From the NCBI GenBank assembly GCA_014905635.1, contig JABVCE010000004.1:682001-746000 (forward strand): a stretch of 64,000 bases of DNA, given 5' to 3'. This document shows, in pieces, positions 1 to 12,919 of the stretch. The notes under the pieces are model-generated. The model did not search any database and was not told where the DNA came from. It saw nothing but the letters and a program-made list of their open reading frames with translations. A program made the translations under genes and the position numbers. Origin of the DNA: Scenedesmus sp. PABB004. Taxonomy: Eukaryota. The stretch's first letter is position 1. Each line of letters starts with the position of its first letter.

Positions 1-412
1 TACGTGTGAGCGGCGGGGCGCGGCCGCGCCGCGCGCGCGCCGGCGCCCTCCGCGGCGCCGCGGGCTCACGCGCCGCCGCGGGCTCACGCGCCGCCGCCGC
101 CGCCGCCGCCGCAGCGGGCGCGCCAACGGGCAGGTGTTTGAGGACACGCGCGCGCGGGGCAAGCCGATCGTGTTCATCTTTGGCGCGCGGCCCTTCTCGG
201 GCGGGCTGTGCGCGGGCGCGGAGGAGGCGCTCGCGGGCATGCGCGCCGGCGGCGTGCGCCGCGCGGTCGTGCCGGCGGCGCAAGGCTTTGGTGAACGCGG
301 CAGCGTGCTGCGCCCGACGGAGCACGTCCCCGACAAGCAGGGCGTCATCCCTTCCAATGCGGAGCTGGAGTACGAGCTCACCCTGCGCACCGTGAGCATC
401 CCACCGAGCTGA
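1..412 (+). CDS. FKBP-type peptidyl-prolyl isomerase, 3' part (probably plastid-type); intron 6-114
   Basis: Splicing gtgag(6)..gcag(114) gives YVGRANGQVFEDT..KPIVFIFG..GLCAGAEEALAGMRAGGVRRAVVPAAQGFG..VIPSNAELEYELTL, an FKBP C-terminal signature; TGA at 410-412. Confidence 0.88.
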   Translation, partial: TCERRGAAAPRARRRPPRRRGLTRRRGLTRRRRRRRRSGRANGQVFEDTRARGKPIVFIFGARPFSGGLCAGAEEALAGMRAGGVRRAVVPAAQGFGERGSVLRPTEHVPDKQGVIPSNAELEYELTLRTVSIPPS

Positions 413-460
413 GCCGAGGGGGCCTGAGCGCCGAGGGGCTGGGAGCTGAGAGCCGGGCGC

Positions 461-487
461 AGCTGAGCTGAGCTGAGCTGAGCTGAG
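461..487. repeat. (AGCTG)n pentamer tandem in 3' UTR
   Basis: About five copies of agctg read directly. Confidence 0.8.
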
Positions 488-781
488 CGCACGCGTCGCG
501 GCTGGGCCGCGAGCGGCTGCAGCGCTGCGGGCGTGGTGCGCCCCGCGCGGCGGGGGGCTGCCGCGCGGGGCGCCTCGCGAGTAAGCTGCTCGCCGCCCTG
601 GGCGGGCCTGGCGGTCGGGCTGGCGGACAACGCCCGATCACAACGCGCCCCCGCACGCGCGCACTCAGCTGACAGACAGAGCAGCAAGGCGATCACTCGC
701 AGCCTGACCTATGGGACCTGCAGCTGCTGCACTCAAGCCCACCACGGCGGGCGCCACCCGCCCGCGAACCATGAGCCCTGA

Positions 782-1549
782 TCAGGGCTCGCCGCCCGCC
801 TCGGTGCGGGGGCCCGCCGTCTCCTCGCGCACCGCGCGCTTCACTGCTTCCGGGTCGCCCGCTGGCTGCGAGGCGCTGCGAGGGCCGCCGGCGCCCTGCT
901 CGCCGGCGCCCCCGGCCGCCGCCTGCTCGCCGCCGCGCGGCGCGCGCTCCTGGTCCACCGCCGGCGGAGGCGCCCCGCCGCGCAGCGCCGCGATGTCGGC
1001 GTCGCGCAGCTCGCCCGGCGGGTCGCCCGGCGCCGGCTCGCACATCGCACCGTCCTCGGCGAGCGGGCCGCCTGGGATGTGGGCGGCGAGCGCGCCCGGC
1101 AGGCCGGGGCCGCCCTGCCCGCGCGCCGGAGGCGCCGGCGCGCACTCGCTGGGCGGCGCGCCAGGGGCGGCGGCACTCGCGGTGTCGTTGTCGTCGTAGC
1201 GGTCCAGCGCAAGGTGCCGGGGCACCGCGTCAGCGTCGCCGACCACCGCGTCTCCCGCCCACTGGCAGCGCGCCGCCGCGTCCGTGGGGTCGACCGGCGC
1301 GCCCGAGGACGGCGGCAGCGCGCGCAGGAGCGTGCCGCCGACCGCGCAGGTGACGGGGGAGCGCGGGCGCGCCGGCGAGGGCAGCCGCGCGCCGCTGCCG
1401 GCGCGGCGCAGCCCGCCGCCCGCCGGGGGCGCGTGGTCGGGAGCGCTGGCCGTGCGCGCCGCGCGCGCGAAGCCGAGGTCGAGCTTGTGCATCACGCGTG
1501 CGCGCACGCGCGCCGGGCAGCGGGCGGCGGGCGCGGCGCGGCGGAGCAT
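782..1549 (-). CDS. Hypothetical protein, Arg/Ala-rich N-terminus resembling an organelle transit peptide
   Basis: ATG at 1549 (MLRRAAPAARCPARVRARVMHKLDLGF) open to the stop at 782; protein-like acidic/Pro body; no family recognised. Confidence 0.45.
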   Translation of the reverse strand: MLRRAAPAARCPARVRARVMHKLDLGFARAARTASAPDHAPPAGGGLRRAGSGARLPSPARPRSPVTCAVGGTLLRALPPSSGAPVDPTDAAARCQWAGDAVVGDADAVPRHLALDRYDDNDTASAAAPGAPPSECAPAPPARGQGGPGLPGALAAHIPGGPLAEDGAMCEPAPGDPPGELRDADIAALRGGAPPPAVDQERAPRGGEQAAAGGAGEQGAGGPRSASQPAGDPEAVKRAVREETAGPRTEAGGEP

Positions 1550-2059
1550 GACGCGCCGGCGCCGGCGCGCGGAGCGGGTGCTGCTTTGGGGGCGGTTGTA
1601 GTGCGCCTGGGTTGGGCGGTGCAGGCGGCGGGGCTGCTGAAGCTGCGGCGGCGGCGCGCGGGCGGCGGGCGGGCGCCGGCGGGCCCAACCATTAACTGAA
1701 CCGCAAGGCAGCTCCCCGACCAGCTCCGGCACGCCTAAAATGCTAAATTGAGAGCTGAGCAGCTCACGGTGAGCACGCGCGCACGCGCACGCGCTGGGAG
1801 CAGCTGGCATTGCACGTTCTCCAAAGTGTGGGCAGCTGCTGCTGCGTGCCGGCCGGCGATCGCTGTGAGCGGATGAAATTGAGCTTGCACGCACTTTCAG
1901 ATCGTGGCGCGAGGCTGTAGCGCAGGTGCGCGGGACGTTGGCGCGGGCACCCGGGCCCCCGACGCGCAGGGCCGCCCCGACACGCCGCTCGGCGCCGCTC
2001 CCATCGCGGCTCACTCACAGCCACTGCCCGCGCTCGCAGGCTCGGCTCGCAGGCGCGCG

Positions 2060-3407
2060 ATGCCAATGGCACCGGTGGCGGCACCGGTGCTGCTGCTGCT
2101 GCTGGCTGGCGCGGCCGCCGCGGCCGCGGCGGCGCCCTTCCTGGCCGGCCTGCCGCTGGAGGTGGTGCAGGCCTGGCCCTCCGAGCTGCAGACCGGCGGC
2201 TCGATCACCGTCGCTGACCGGCTGGCGTTCACGGTGGGCGCCGCCAGCTGCGCAGCTGCCGCCAGCGCCGGCGGCGATGACGCCGCTCACCTGCCGCCGC
2301 ACCACCGCCGCTCACCTGCCGCCGCACCACCGCCGCCGCCGCCGCCGCCGCCGCAGGCCGTGTTCTCGCGCCCCGTCATCGCGCTGGGCTCCGACTTTGG
2401 CGCGGCGGCGCTGCCGGCGGCGCTCTCGCCGTTCACGGTCGACTGCCCGGGCGTGCCCGGCGCGCTGCGCTGGGTCACCACCAACATAGCTCGCTGGGAC
2501 CCAGCGATAAACTGGCCGACCGACCTCGACTGCGCAGTCACCTGGAACGTGGGGCTCAAGACGTTTGACGGCGCGCCGCTCGCGCTCGGCGGCGCGCCGC
2601 GCAGCGTGCGGCTGCGCTCGGCGCCGCTCAAGCTTGAGGTCGCGGCGGTGGACTCGGCCGGCGCGGCGGCGCGCACGGAGGGCCAGTGGAACGCGTACCG
2701 CGGCATGGCCGACGACGAGCTGCCGGAGGTCCCGCCCGACGCAAACGTGACGCTGACCTTCAACTATCCTGTCGCGCTCGCCGCGCTGGAGGGCGCGCTC
2801 GAGGTCGCGCCGTGCTGCGGCAGCGCCGCGGGCGCGGGCCAGCGCGTGAGCGTGCTGCCGTGCGGCGCGCCGTACGTCGTGGTGGACCCCTTTGCGCCGC
2901 CGGCGGCGCAGGCGGCGCAGCGCGCCAACGCGACGTGCGCGGTCGTGCGCCTCTCGCCCGGCCTGCCCGCCGGCGGGTCGGCGATCCTGCGCCTGCGCCG
3001 CGGCGCGCGCTACAACGCGGTGTCGGGCCCGGTGGCCAACTCGACCGACGTCTACGTGCGCGCAGCGCGCAGCGCGCAGCGCGCACAGCCATGCACGGCT
3101 GGCGGCGCCGCGCACGCCGCCCACGCCTCTCTGCTCGCGCCTCCGCCGCGCCGTCGCAGCTGCACGGGCTGCGCCGCTTCCGCGTGCCGCTGCGCGACAA
3201 CTTCCAGCAGCTGGCCAACGCGACCGAGCAGTTCAACTACCTCGACAACGGCATCAGGCGCGGCAGAGCGCGGCGACGCGGCGCGGCGCTGGGGCGGCCG
3301 CGGCCCGCCGCCGGCGCGCGCTGCGGCGCTGCGGGGCGCGCTCACCCGGGCCGCGCCCGCCCAGCCGCCCAGCCCCCGCGCTCACCGCCGCCGCCCTGCT
3401 CCTGCTC

Positions 3408-3438
<31 letters not shown>

Positions 3439-5221
3439 AGCTACCGCCGGCTCACGCTCTGGCTGCCGCACGGCCTCGCGCCGGGCGTGCCGGTGTCAGC
3501 GCTCGCGCGCCGCGTGTCGCTCTGCCGCTACGCCGCGCCGTATGACTGGGCCAGCGCGTGCGCGCCGGAGCCGTTCACGCTGACCGTGGTCAACCGCGGC
3601 CAGCTGCTGCTCACCGCGCCGGGCCTGCGCGACCGGCAGCACTATCGCATTCGTGTCGCGGCTGACCCGGGCCTGAAGGACGGCTACGGCCTGCCGCTCG
3701 AGGGCAGTGAGGCCTTTTTCTTCACCACGCAGCCCGCGCAGGACCTCGCGTTCCCCCGCCTCGCGAGCGGCTCGCAGGCGCGGCGCGCGCGGGGGCGAGT
3801 GGCGGCGGGGCATGTGTGCGGGCGCGCGCGCGCGCGCGCGCCCGTCGCCGCGCTGCTGGTAGACCGCGCCGCCGCCGACGACGCCGGGCAGGTCATGCTG
3901 CTGGAGCCGAGCCCGACTGGCGCGCCGCTGGTCTGGCCGGTCGTCTTCCGGGGCGCGCCGCAGTACGACGGCGACGCGCGCGGCGTGGCGACGTGGCCGG
4001 TCAGCGCGTCGCAGCCGCTGCCCGCGCTTCGCGTGCTGGGCGGCGCCGACAAGCCGGCGCAGCTGGAGCAGCTGCTCCGGAAGCCAGGTGCGCCTCGCTC
4101 GCTCGCTCGCTCGCGCGCCCGCGCGCGCGCGCGCCGCCGCCGCCGTGCCGGCTCGCCCCCAAAACCAACCTCAGCTGTCCCGCCCCCTCGTGGCCTCGCC
4201 CCCTGCCCGCCCGTGCAGCGCAAAGCGTGCCGCGCACGTTCAGCGCCCTCACCGCCGACGCGTCGCTGCTGCTCTCTGGCAAGCCGGGGCTGCAGCTCGT
4301 CGGCTGTCCGACCAACTCCAGCTGGGACGGCTTGACCAACACGGTGCTGCTCGCGACGTCGGACCTGCAGTACGCCGGCGTGAGCCTCGGCTCCCGCCTG
4401 ACCCACTTTGTCACGCTCACGTCGGCCGGCGCGGCGCCGGTGCCGGGCGCCAAGGTCAGCCTCTTCCTTCTGCCCTATGGCGACCCGCCGCTGCCCGGCC
4501 CCACCTGCACCACGGGCGCGGGCGGCGCGTGCACGGTCGACACGAAGGCCCTGCTCACGAGCGGCACGTACGGCACGCTCACGGCGCTCGTGGAGGCGCC
4601 GGGGCACGGCCCGCTCGTCGTGTGGGCGTTTTCAACGCCGTCCTACTACGAGGACGAGTCGCTGCAGTACCCATACGTGGGTCAGCTCGTGGTGGACCGC
4701 CTGCTGGTCATGCCGGGCGACACCCTCCACGTCACGGGTGCGGGGGGTGCGGGGGCCGTGTGTGTGTATGTGCGCGACCCGCCAGCACAGCGCGGCGCGG
4801 CCGCGCGTCGCCCCTAGCCTGAATCAACTGACCGCGCGCCGGCCGCCGCGCGCGCGCGCGCCGCGCAGGCTTCCTGCAGGAGCGGGGCGGCCTCGCCGAC
4901 CGGCTGTCGCTGCCGGCCGGCCTGGGCAGCGTGGGTCTGTCGGTGCAGCCGCCGTTTGTGGCCGGCCCCGACGCGCCGCCGCTCGCGCTGACCGCGCCGG
5001 TCAACGCGAGCTACGGGACCTTCCACGCCAACATCCCCGTGCCCGCGGGCGCCAAGCCCGGCGAGTTCACGGTCACCCTCACCGCGCCGCGCACGCGCCC
5101 CGGCGCGCCGGCGCCGGCCAAGGGCAGCGACGGCCCCGCGGAGCTCGCGTCTGTCACCTTTACTGTCGGCACGCCGCGCCCGCCCACGGCGCTGCTCAAC
5201 GTCACCGTCCCGGACTGGGTG

Positions 5222-5280
<59 letters not shown>

Positions 5281-8200
5281 CTGGCGGGCCCGGCTCGGGC
5301 GCGGCTTGCCCCCCGCGCCGCGTCTCCCGCCGCCGCCACTCACGGCGCCCCACGCCGCCACCGCCGGCCGCCGCAGGCGCCGCCGGGTGCCACGGTGGAG
5401 GTGCTGATCGCCGCCAGCAGCTACCTCGGCGCGACGGTGTCTGGCGCCGACGTCTCCCTGACGTGGACCGTCCCGCGTGCGACCGGCCGCCTCACGGTCA
5501 CCACCGACACCGCGGGCAAGGCACGCGCGGCCATCCCGCTCGGCGCGCTGCCGCCGGCCAACGCGACCGAGCTCGGCGACACGCTGGGCATCGTGGTGGA
5601 GTGGGTCGGGCCGACGCGCGAGCGCGTGGTCGAGCGCGAGTCCGTGCGGTGCGGCGCCGGCTGCGGGGCGGCACCGGCGCTGGCCAGCGGCGGGCCGCGC
5701 GCGCGCGTCTGAGCGCTGGCGCGCGCCTGGCCGAGGGGCCGTGGCCAGCGTGAGCGCGCGCCGCCCAACGCGCGCGTGGCCACGCTGCGCCGCCGCAGGA
5801 TCGCCAACGGCCCGGTGCGCGTGGAGCTCGCGCGGTCGCCCGTGGCCGACGTGCCGGGTGTCCCCTTCATTGTCGCCGCCTCGACCTGGCTCAATGACCG
5901 CGACGGCACGCAGCTCGAGGGCGTGACCGTGGAGGTCTCGCTCGCGCCCAACGCGTCTGACAGCCTCGCCGACTGCCCCGCGCCCGCGCGCGCCGCGCTC
6001 GCGGCGCAGCGCTGCCGCGTCGTCAGCGGGCGCGCGCCCGCGGCGCCGCCGTGCACGCTCTCGCTGCCGTGCGCGGCCGACCTCAAAATCGTCGCCTGTC
6101 CGCTGAGCTTTGCCAACGGCACCGCCATCGCCGGCGCCGGCGGCGGCCCGGGATGCAGCGAGACGCCGGTCGGGCGCAACGCCTCGGCCTGGGCGTCGAG
6201 CCCCTGGGCCTCCCTGCCCGAGCTGGCGCTGCTGCGCGACCGGCAGAACTACTCGGTCGGTGACACCGCCACGCTCTCCTGGGTCAACCCCGGCTGGCGC
6301 ACGGCGCGCGGCCTGCTGGTGTGGGGCAACGCGCGGCTGCAGCGCCAGCGCGAGCTCCCGGCCGTCGCGCCCGGGCCGGGGTCGGCGGCCGTCCCCCTTG
6401 GCGAGGAGTGCTTGGGCGGTTGCACCGCCACGCTCGTGCTCGCTCTGCCGCGCCCGGGCGGCGACGCGGCCACGGCCGTGGCGGCCAAGGCGGCGGTCAA
6501 GCCGCTGAGCCTCGGGCTGCCGGCGAGCAAGCTCTTCGACCCGCTCTCCCCCTCGACTGCGTCGGCGTCGGTGCAGGTGCGGCCTGCCCCGCTCTGAGCA
6601 GACGGGCGGCGCCGCGCGGGCGTGCGCCCTGCGCTCACGGCCGCGGCCCTGCTCACCGCCCCCCCCCCCCCCTTCCCCCCATCCGCAGCTGGACGTGCAC
6701 GAGGACAACCGACTCAACGTCACCGTGCGCGTCGTGCCGCGCGGCAGCACAGGCACAGGCGGCGGGCTGTTCCGGGCCGTTGCGGAGGGGCCGGACGGCC
6801 GGGCGGTGCCGGTGATGCGGCCGGGCACGGACGCTGACATCGAGGTCACGGTGCGCGCTGGGCGCGCTGCGCGCGCTGGGCACGCTGTGCGCGCGTGGGC
6901 AGCGGGGCGCGCGCGGGCACAGCGGCTTGGGAGCCAGGCCGCCGCCGCCGCCGCCGACGGCCGCAGGTCACCGAGGTCGGCAGCGGCAAGCCCGCGGCGG
7001 ACGCCGAGGTCACGCTGGTGGTGGTGGACGAGGCGATCCTGGCGCTCATGCCATACCCCCTGGTGGTGCGCGGCGCCGCCGGGGGCGTTGCCGCCGCACT
7101 ACCCCGCGCCGGCCGGCTATCCCCTCGCCGCCGACACGCCACCACTGAGCTGCCGCCGCCGCCTGTGCCGCACGCCACGCAGGACGTGGCGGCTGACCTG
7201 GTCAACTACCCGGCGGTGCAGAGCTTTGTCAAGGAGATCAACGACTATCGCACCACGCGGGCAGACATACAAACCACGTTTGACACGCTCAAGCGCCGCC
7301 TCGCGGCCGACCCCTGGCTGCCGCTCGTGACGACCGTCAGCCCGAGCCCGGTGCGGCGGCGGCGCAGCGCTGTCGCGCGCTCCTCCGCCGCGCGGTCCCG
7401 CGGCCTCACGCCCCCCCCCCCTTCCTCTGCCGCCCGCGCCGCCAGTACGCCGACGTGCGGAGCTGGGGCTCGAGGTCGACCTACCCCGTGGCGTCGGCAG
7501 TCGACACGCCTGACGTGGAGTATGTGAGAGGCTTCAGCAACCCGCTGACGGTCACGCCCTTCTACACGTGGGGCCTCAGCCAGCGCTACCCCGCAGGCTC
7601 GCGCGGCCCCGGCGAGCCCGGCGCGGCGCTGCGGCTGTCGAGCGAGTTCGTCACGACGCCGCTCTTCACGGCCGTCACGACTGGCGCCGACGGCGCCGCG
7701 CGCGCGCGCTTTGCCGCGCCGCCCAACCTCGGCACGTTCACCGTGCGCGCGTACGCGGCGAGCAGCGGCTCGCGCGCCGCGCCGAGCAAGTATGGCGCCA
7801 ACGAGACCGCCGTCGTCGTGCGGCAGCCGCTCTCGCTCACGCTCTCTACGCCGGCGTCGGTCCGCGTCGGCGACGACTTTGAGGCGGGCGTGCTCGTGTC
7901 GGCGCCCGACGCGGCTGCGCCTGTGGAGGTGGAGATTACCGCGAGCGTGGAGGCGCCGGCGAGCGAGGACGGCGCCGGCGCCGGCGCCGGGGCGAGCGCG
8001 CCCGCCAACGCGACCGCGGCGCCGCGCGCCGGCGGACGCCGCCGGCTGCGCGCCGCGGCGGCGGCGCCCAGCAGCGCGCCGCTGGTGCTGCTGCCGGCCG
8101 GCTCGGTCAGCCAGCGCGTGACGGTCTCGCCGGCCCAGCAGCAGGTGGAGGTGCGCTTCCGCTTCGCGGCCAAGGCCATGGGCGCGTCGGGGCTGCGCTT

Positions 8201-10936
8201 TGTCGCGCGCGTCCCGGGCCTCGCGGGCGCCGCGCCGTCGCCGCCGAAAGAGCGCGGCGCGGCCGCCGCGAGCGCGGGCACGCTGCGCCCGCTGAGCTTC
8301 AACGTGTTTGGCCTCACCATCAACCTGGGCGGCCCGCGCGGCGGCGCCAGCGCGCAGCCGGGCGCCGGCGGGGCGAGCGGCGGCGGCGGCGGCGGCGCGG
8401 CGGGCGCCGCCACGACAGCGGGCGGCGGCGGCGCCGGCGCGGCGCAGCTGGGCGGCGGCGGCTGGGTGGCCGACCAGGTCCAGGGCGACGTCGCGGTGCT
8501 GGGCCAGCAGGGCGCCGTGTTCCTGGCCACCTCGTTCGCGCTCTCCGCCGGCACCAACGGCAGCGGCCGCGCCGAGGGCCTGGTCCTGCCGGACGCCGCG
8601 CCCGGGTCGGGCACGGTGCAGCTGATCGCGGGCGTGGGCAACCTGCCGGCCATCAAGGTGCGGCGCGGCCGGGCTGGGCGGCTGCCGGCAGGGGGGCGGC
8701 CGCTGGCCGGGCCGCGCACGCCGAGCAGGCGCCCCACCTGACAGTGCCGCCGCCCCGCCGCCGCGCCGGCAGGCCAACTATGACGCGCTCACTGACCGCC
8801 AGGCCGCGGCGGCCGCCGCGGCCGCCGACGGCGGCGCGCCCTTCACGCCCTCCGGGCCCGACGCGCTCAGCGCAGCGCTGTTGCCGGCGTTCCTTGCTCG
8901 CTACGCCCCCTCGCCCGCCGCCATGCTGGCGAGCGTCGGCAAGCCCGGCGCGCTGGCGAGCGCCGCGCAGCTCAACGCGAGCGCGGCGGCCGCCGCCGTG
9001 GCGGCCGGCAAGCTGACGCAGGCGGGGCGGGGCCTGTCGTACAGCGCGGTCGACCCGTCTGACCCCTGGCAGCCGGCGCCGTCGGTCGCGCTCAACGCCT
9101 GGGCCACGTGGCTGACCGACCAGGCCTCCGCGCCGCCGGCGGCGGGGCTGCAGGGCCTCGCCTACGGCGGCGCGCTGCGCGGCGCGTCGGCGGCGTGGAA
9201 GAAGGCCGCGGCCGAGCAGCTGGTCAAGGACGCGCAGGCGGCGCGGCACCCGCCGGCGCCGGTCAACGCCGCGTACAAGCCGGAGACGGAGCCGCCGCGC
9301 ATGTGAGCCCGCGGCGCCTTGCACCCCGCGCGGCGCCGTGCACGCCCCGCGCACTGCCGCGCGCGCCGGCGGCTGACCCCGCGCGCCGCCCGCCCGGCTC
9401 CCTGTGCCCTGTCGTCGCAGGTACATGGACTTTGGTGACCTTTCCTGGGCGCGCCTCGCCCTCGGCCCGAGCTGGGCCCCGCCGGCGGGCGTCGCGGCCG
9501 ACGTGGCGTCCGACCTGTCCCTGCGCCGCCTCCTTGCCGCCGCGGAGGCGCCGGGCAACACGACCGTCGGCACGCAGGCGCGCACGGGCCTGGCGCTGCT
9601 GGCGGCCGCCGCCGCGGGCGGCGGCGGCGGCCTGACGTCGGCCGAGGCGCGTGTCGGCGCCGACAAGCTCGGCAAGGCCCTGCTGGGCGCGCTGCGCGTG
9701 TCCGGGCGCACCGCGTACGTCGCGGCGGCGCCGGCCGCGGCCGAGGCGGCGGGCGCGGAGGACCAGGCCCTCGCGCTCGCCCTCCTCGCGGCGCAGCGCC
9801 AGCCGGGCGCGGCCGACCTGCTGCCGCGCCTCGCCGCGTACGTCGCGGGCGGCGGCGCCGGCGTCCCGCGCGGCGGCGCCACCCCGTGCGCGAGCGTGGG
9901 CGGCACGGCCACCGGCACGGTCGCGGCCGCGCTGTCGGCGTACGACGCGGCCCGCGGCAGCACGCGCCCGGACGCCAAGCTCACGGTGACCGCGGTCGGC
10001 GGCGCCGGCAGCGCAGGCGCGGGCGCGGGCGGCGCCGGCGCGGCCGCCGCGCCCGCCGGCGGCGGCGCGGCGCAGCTGCTGTCGGCGTCGTTTGCGGCCG
10101 CCAGCGGCGCGGCGCCGGCGCTCGCGAGCGCGACGACGCCGTGGTCGGCGCTGCCGAGCGCGCCGGCGCTGCGCTTCGAGGTCTCTGGCACCGCGGGCGA
10201 GGTGTCCGTGGCGGCGGGGCTTTCCTTCACGCCCGCAGCGCTGCTGCCGTTCCCGAGCTTCCGCGGCCTCTGGGTGGAGCGCGTCGTGGCGGCCGAGGAC
10301 GGTTCGGGCAACCTCGGCAGCGCGGCGCTGGCCGACGTGGTCACGGTGGCGGTCCAGCTCACGTCGCCGGACGCCATCCCCGGCGGCGTCGTGGTAGAGG
10401 TGTCGCTGCCGGGCGGGCTGGAGCCGATCGACCCCGCCGTCTACAAGGACGCCGGCGCGGCGGCGCAGTGCGACCTCGGCGGCGGGCGCTTTGGCGGGTG
10501 GTGGTGCCCCGCGCAGTCGACGGCGCGGTCGGCGGTCACGTTCACGTTCACTTCCCTCGGCGCCGGCACGGCGAGCCTGAGCTTCAAGGCCATCGCCGCC
10601 ACGCCCGGCGTCTTTGTGCTGCCGCCAGTCAAGGCCTACGCGGTCGCGGCGCCAGAGATCATGGGCCTCTCCGCGGCGGGGCAGTTCACCGTGTGCCCCT
10701 CGCGCCGCGGCGCCAACGCGGCGGCGGCGACCGCCGCCGTCGCGCCGACACCGGGCGCCGCGGCGTTCCCCGGCTGCGCGACGCCTGGCGCGACGCGGCC
10801 GCCGCTGCCGGCGGCGCGGCCCTGCCCCGCCAACTGCAACGGCAACGGCGTGTGCGACCTCGCGCGCGGGGTGTGTCTGTGCGGCGGCGGCTTTGCAGGC
10901 GCCGCGTGTGGCGAGTGGGGCGGCGCGGCCGCGTGA
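2060..10936 (+). CDS. Secreted bacterial-type alpha-2-macroglobulin-like protein with C-terminal EGF-like domain, ~13 introns
   Basis: Signal peptide (VLLLLLAGAAAA); AVFSRPV..GALRWVTTNIARWDP; VVDRLLVMPGDTLHVTG; EVTLVVVDEAILALMPY; RLSSEFVTTPLF..FAAPPNLGTFTVRAYA..VRQPLSLTLSTPASVRVGDDFEAGVLV; C-terminal VVVEVSLPGGLEPIDP..AATPGVFVLPPVKAYAVAAPEIMGLS; CPANCNGNGVCDLARGVCLCGGGFAGAAC. Confidence 0.85.
5225..5278. repeat. (GA)n microsatellite, intronic
   Basis: Perfect dinucleotide run just after a gtgag donor. Confidence 0.95.
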
Positions 10937-11337
10937 GGGGCGACGGGGCGGGGGTGATGGTGAGGCCGAGTGGCCGCGTGATGAGGGGGCGCCGCTGCAG
11001 ACTGGGCTGGTCAACTGTCGATCAACACAAGCTTTGATGGTGCGCGAGCGCTGAGCTGAAGCAGGCTGAGACGCGGTTGCACACACGCGTTGTTGTCGAA
11101 CTCGGACCATAGCCAAACTTATGGAGGAGGAGGGAGCGGGGGCGCTGGTCAACTTTCGTAACGCCGGGTCAATATTCGTCTCGCCAGGCCCCACGCGCCC
11201 TCTTTTCCACCCGGCAGCTCGCCCGCGCCTCAGACAGCCTTCCCCGCGCTCTCTCAGCCGCCTCCAGCGCCCCCAGCGTGCCCAGGGGCCGGGGAGCAGC
11301 GCGGCGCGGCACGCGGCCTCAGCAAGCCGCCCGTGCA

Positions 11338-12571
11338 ATGCACACCTTTTCGAAGCAGCAGCGCGCGGGCGGGGTGCGATACAACGCGCGCACGCTGGTG
11401 GGCAACTGGAACGCGGAGCTGGCGCAGCAGGACGCAGCGGTCGCTGACTTTGCGGCGAGCGCGGCGGCCGGCTCCCTGCGCCTCGACCGCCACGCGCAGC
11501 GCCTCGCGACAGCGCTCGCGCCCGTGCGCCTGACGGCGGCCCGCGGCGACGGCTGCGTCCATTTTGGCGACGTGGTCCAGCTCGCGCACGCGCAGACGGG
11601 GGCGCTGCTGGCAGTCAACGTTGAAGCGCGCGAGCAGCACGGGCGCCCGTCCTGCGCCGCGTCGGGCGCGGCGGCGTCGACGGGCACCGCCGCGCGGACG
11701 ACGCTCAGCCTGGCAAAGGCTGTGCCGTGCACGCCGGCGCCGCTGGAGCCGCAGTGGGCCGACGACGTGCTGCACTTTGGGCAGAAGGTCCGGCTGGTCG
11801 CCAACGCCGCCGCGCAGGTGCGCGCGGCGAGTGGCTCAAAGGCGCAGGGCGGGTGGCGCCGCCGACCAGCCGTCGCGCCGCCGGCTGAGCCCGCGCCGCC
11901 GCCCCTGCTCACCGGGCGGCCGCAGGGGGCGGCGAGGCGCCGGCGGCGCCGCTCGTGCTCTTCAGCCGCCCGCACTCCGTCGACTGCGCCGCCAAGCTGA
12001 GCCGGCGCCAGCTCGTCGCCTGGTGCTGGGACGCAGACAGCTCATATGACGCTGTGTGGGAGGTGCGCGCCGTGCAGTGCCGCGGCAGCCACACGCGCGC
12101 GCGCGCAGTGAGCGCTGCCCGCGCGTGCTGAGCCGCGGCTTGCCCCGTCGCCGCGCCGCTGTAGGTGCAACCGGTGGAGCCGGCCGACCAGGCTGCCAGC
12201 GAGGGCGTGGCGGTCGCGTCCGGCGAGCCTGTGCTGCTCCTGCACGCCGCGACCCGCGCGCCGCTGCACCTGGAGCGCGGCCATGTGCTTCCGGGGCAGG
12301 ACTTTGGGGGCGTTGAGCACGAGCTGTCCTGCCACGCCGCCGCGACCGGCACCGGCAAGCAGCTGGCTCTGGAACATGCGGCGCGGGTGTGGCTGCGCAT
12401 GCCCGCCGCCGGGTGGCGCGTGAGCGGCCGCCAACCTGGCTGCCAAAGCCGCCAGCCGCCCGCCCGCCGGCGCATGCGCAGGGCGACGCGACGCGCACGC
12501 TGCCCAAGCGCTGCCTGAGCGACGTGCACTGGGTGTTTGTGACGGGTGACTGCGGCTGCGACGGCGCGTGA
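11338..12571 (+). CDS. CFAP161: Cilia/flagella-associated protein 161-like, 3 introns
   Basis: RYNARTLVGNWNAE; DGCVHFGDVVQL; DVLHFGQKVRLVAN; EGVAVASGEPVLLLHAAT; DFGGVEHELSCH; HWVFVTG. These match my recollection of the CFAP161/C15orf26 family. Confidence 0.8.
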
Positions 12572-12608
12572 GCTGCCCCGGCTGGGAAGCAACCGCTTGC
12601 GGCCGTCG

Positions 12609-12613
12609 TTACA
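12609..12613 (-). promoter_or_regulatory. Chlorophyte-type poly(A) signal TGTAA for the transporter gene
   Basis: ttaca on the + strand just downstream of the minus-strand CDS. Confidence 0.5.
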
Positions 12614-12618
12614 CGCTC

Positions 12619-12877
12619 TCAGCTGGCGTGTTGCAGCCGCGAGGCCCGGTAGCCGCGCCTGCTCCGTGTGGGACTGCTGCCCTCGTCCGAGGCCTCGTCC
12701 GAGGACCGCTGCCGCTGCTCCTGCAGCGGCGCCGCCGCGCCAAGCCGGCCCTCCGGCGACGCGTCCCTCCGGAGGGAGGCGGGCGACGCCGGGCTGCCGC
12801 CCGGCCCGCCGCCGCCCGCGCCGCCGCCGCTGCTGTGGCTGCTGGTGAGGCTGCTCAGCTCGACGCTCACCGGCCGC

Positions 12878-12919
<42 letters not shown>

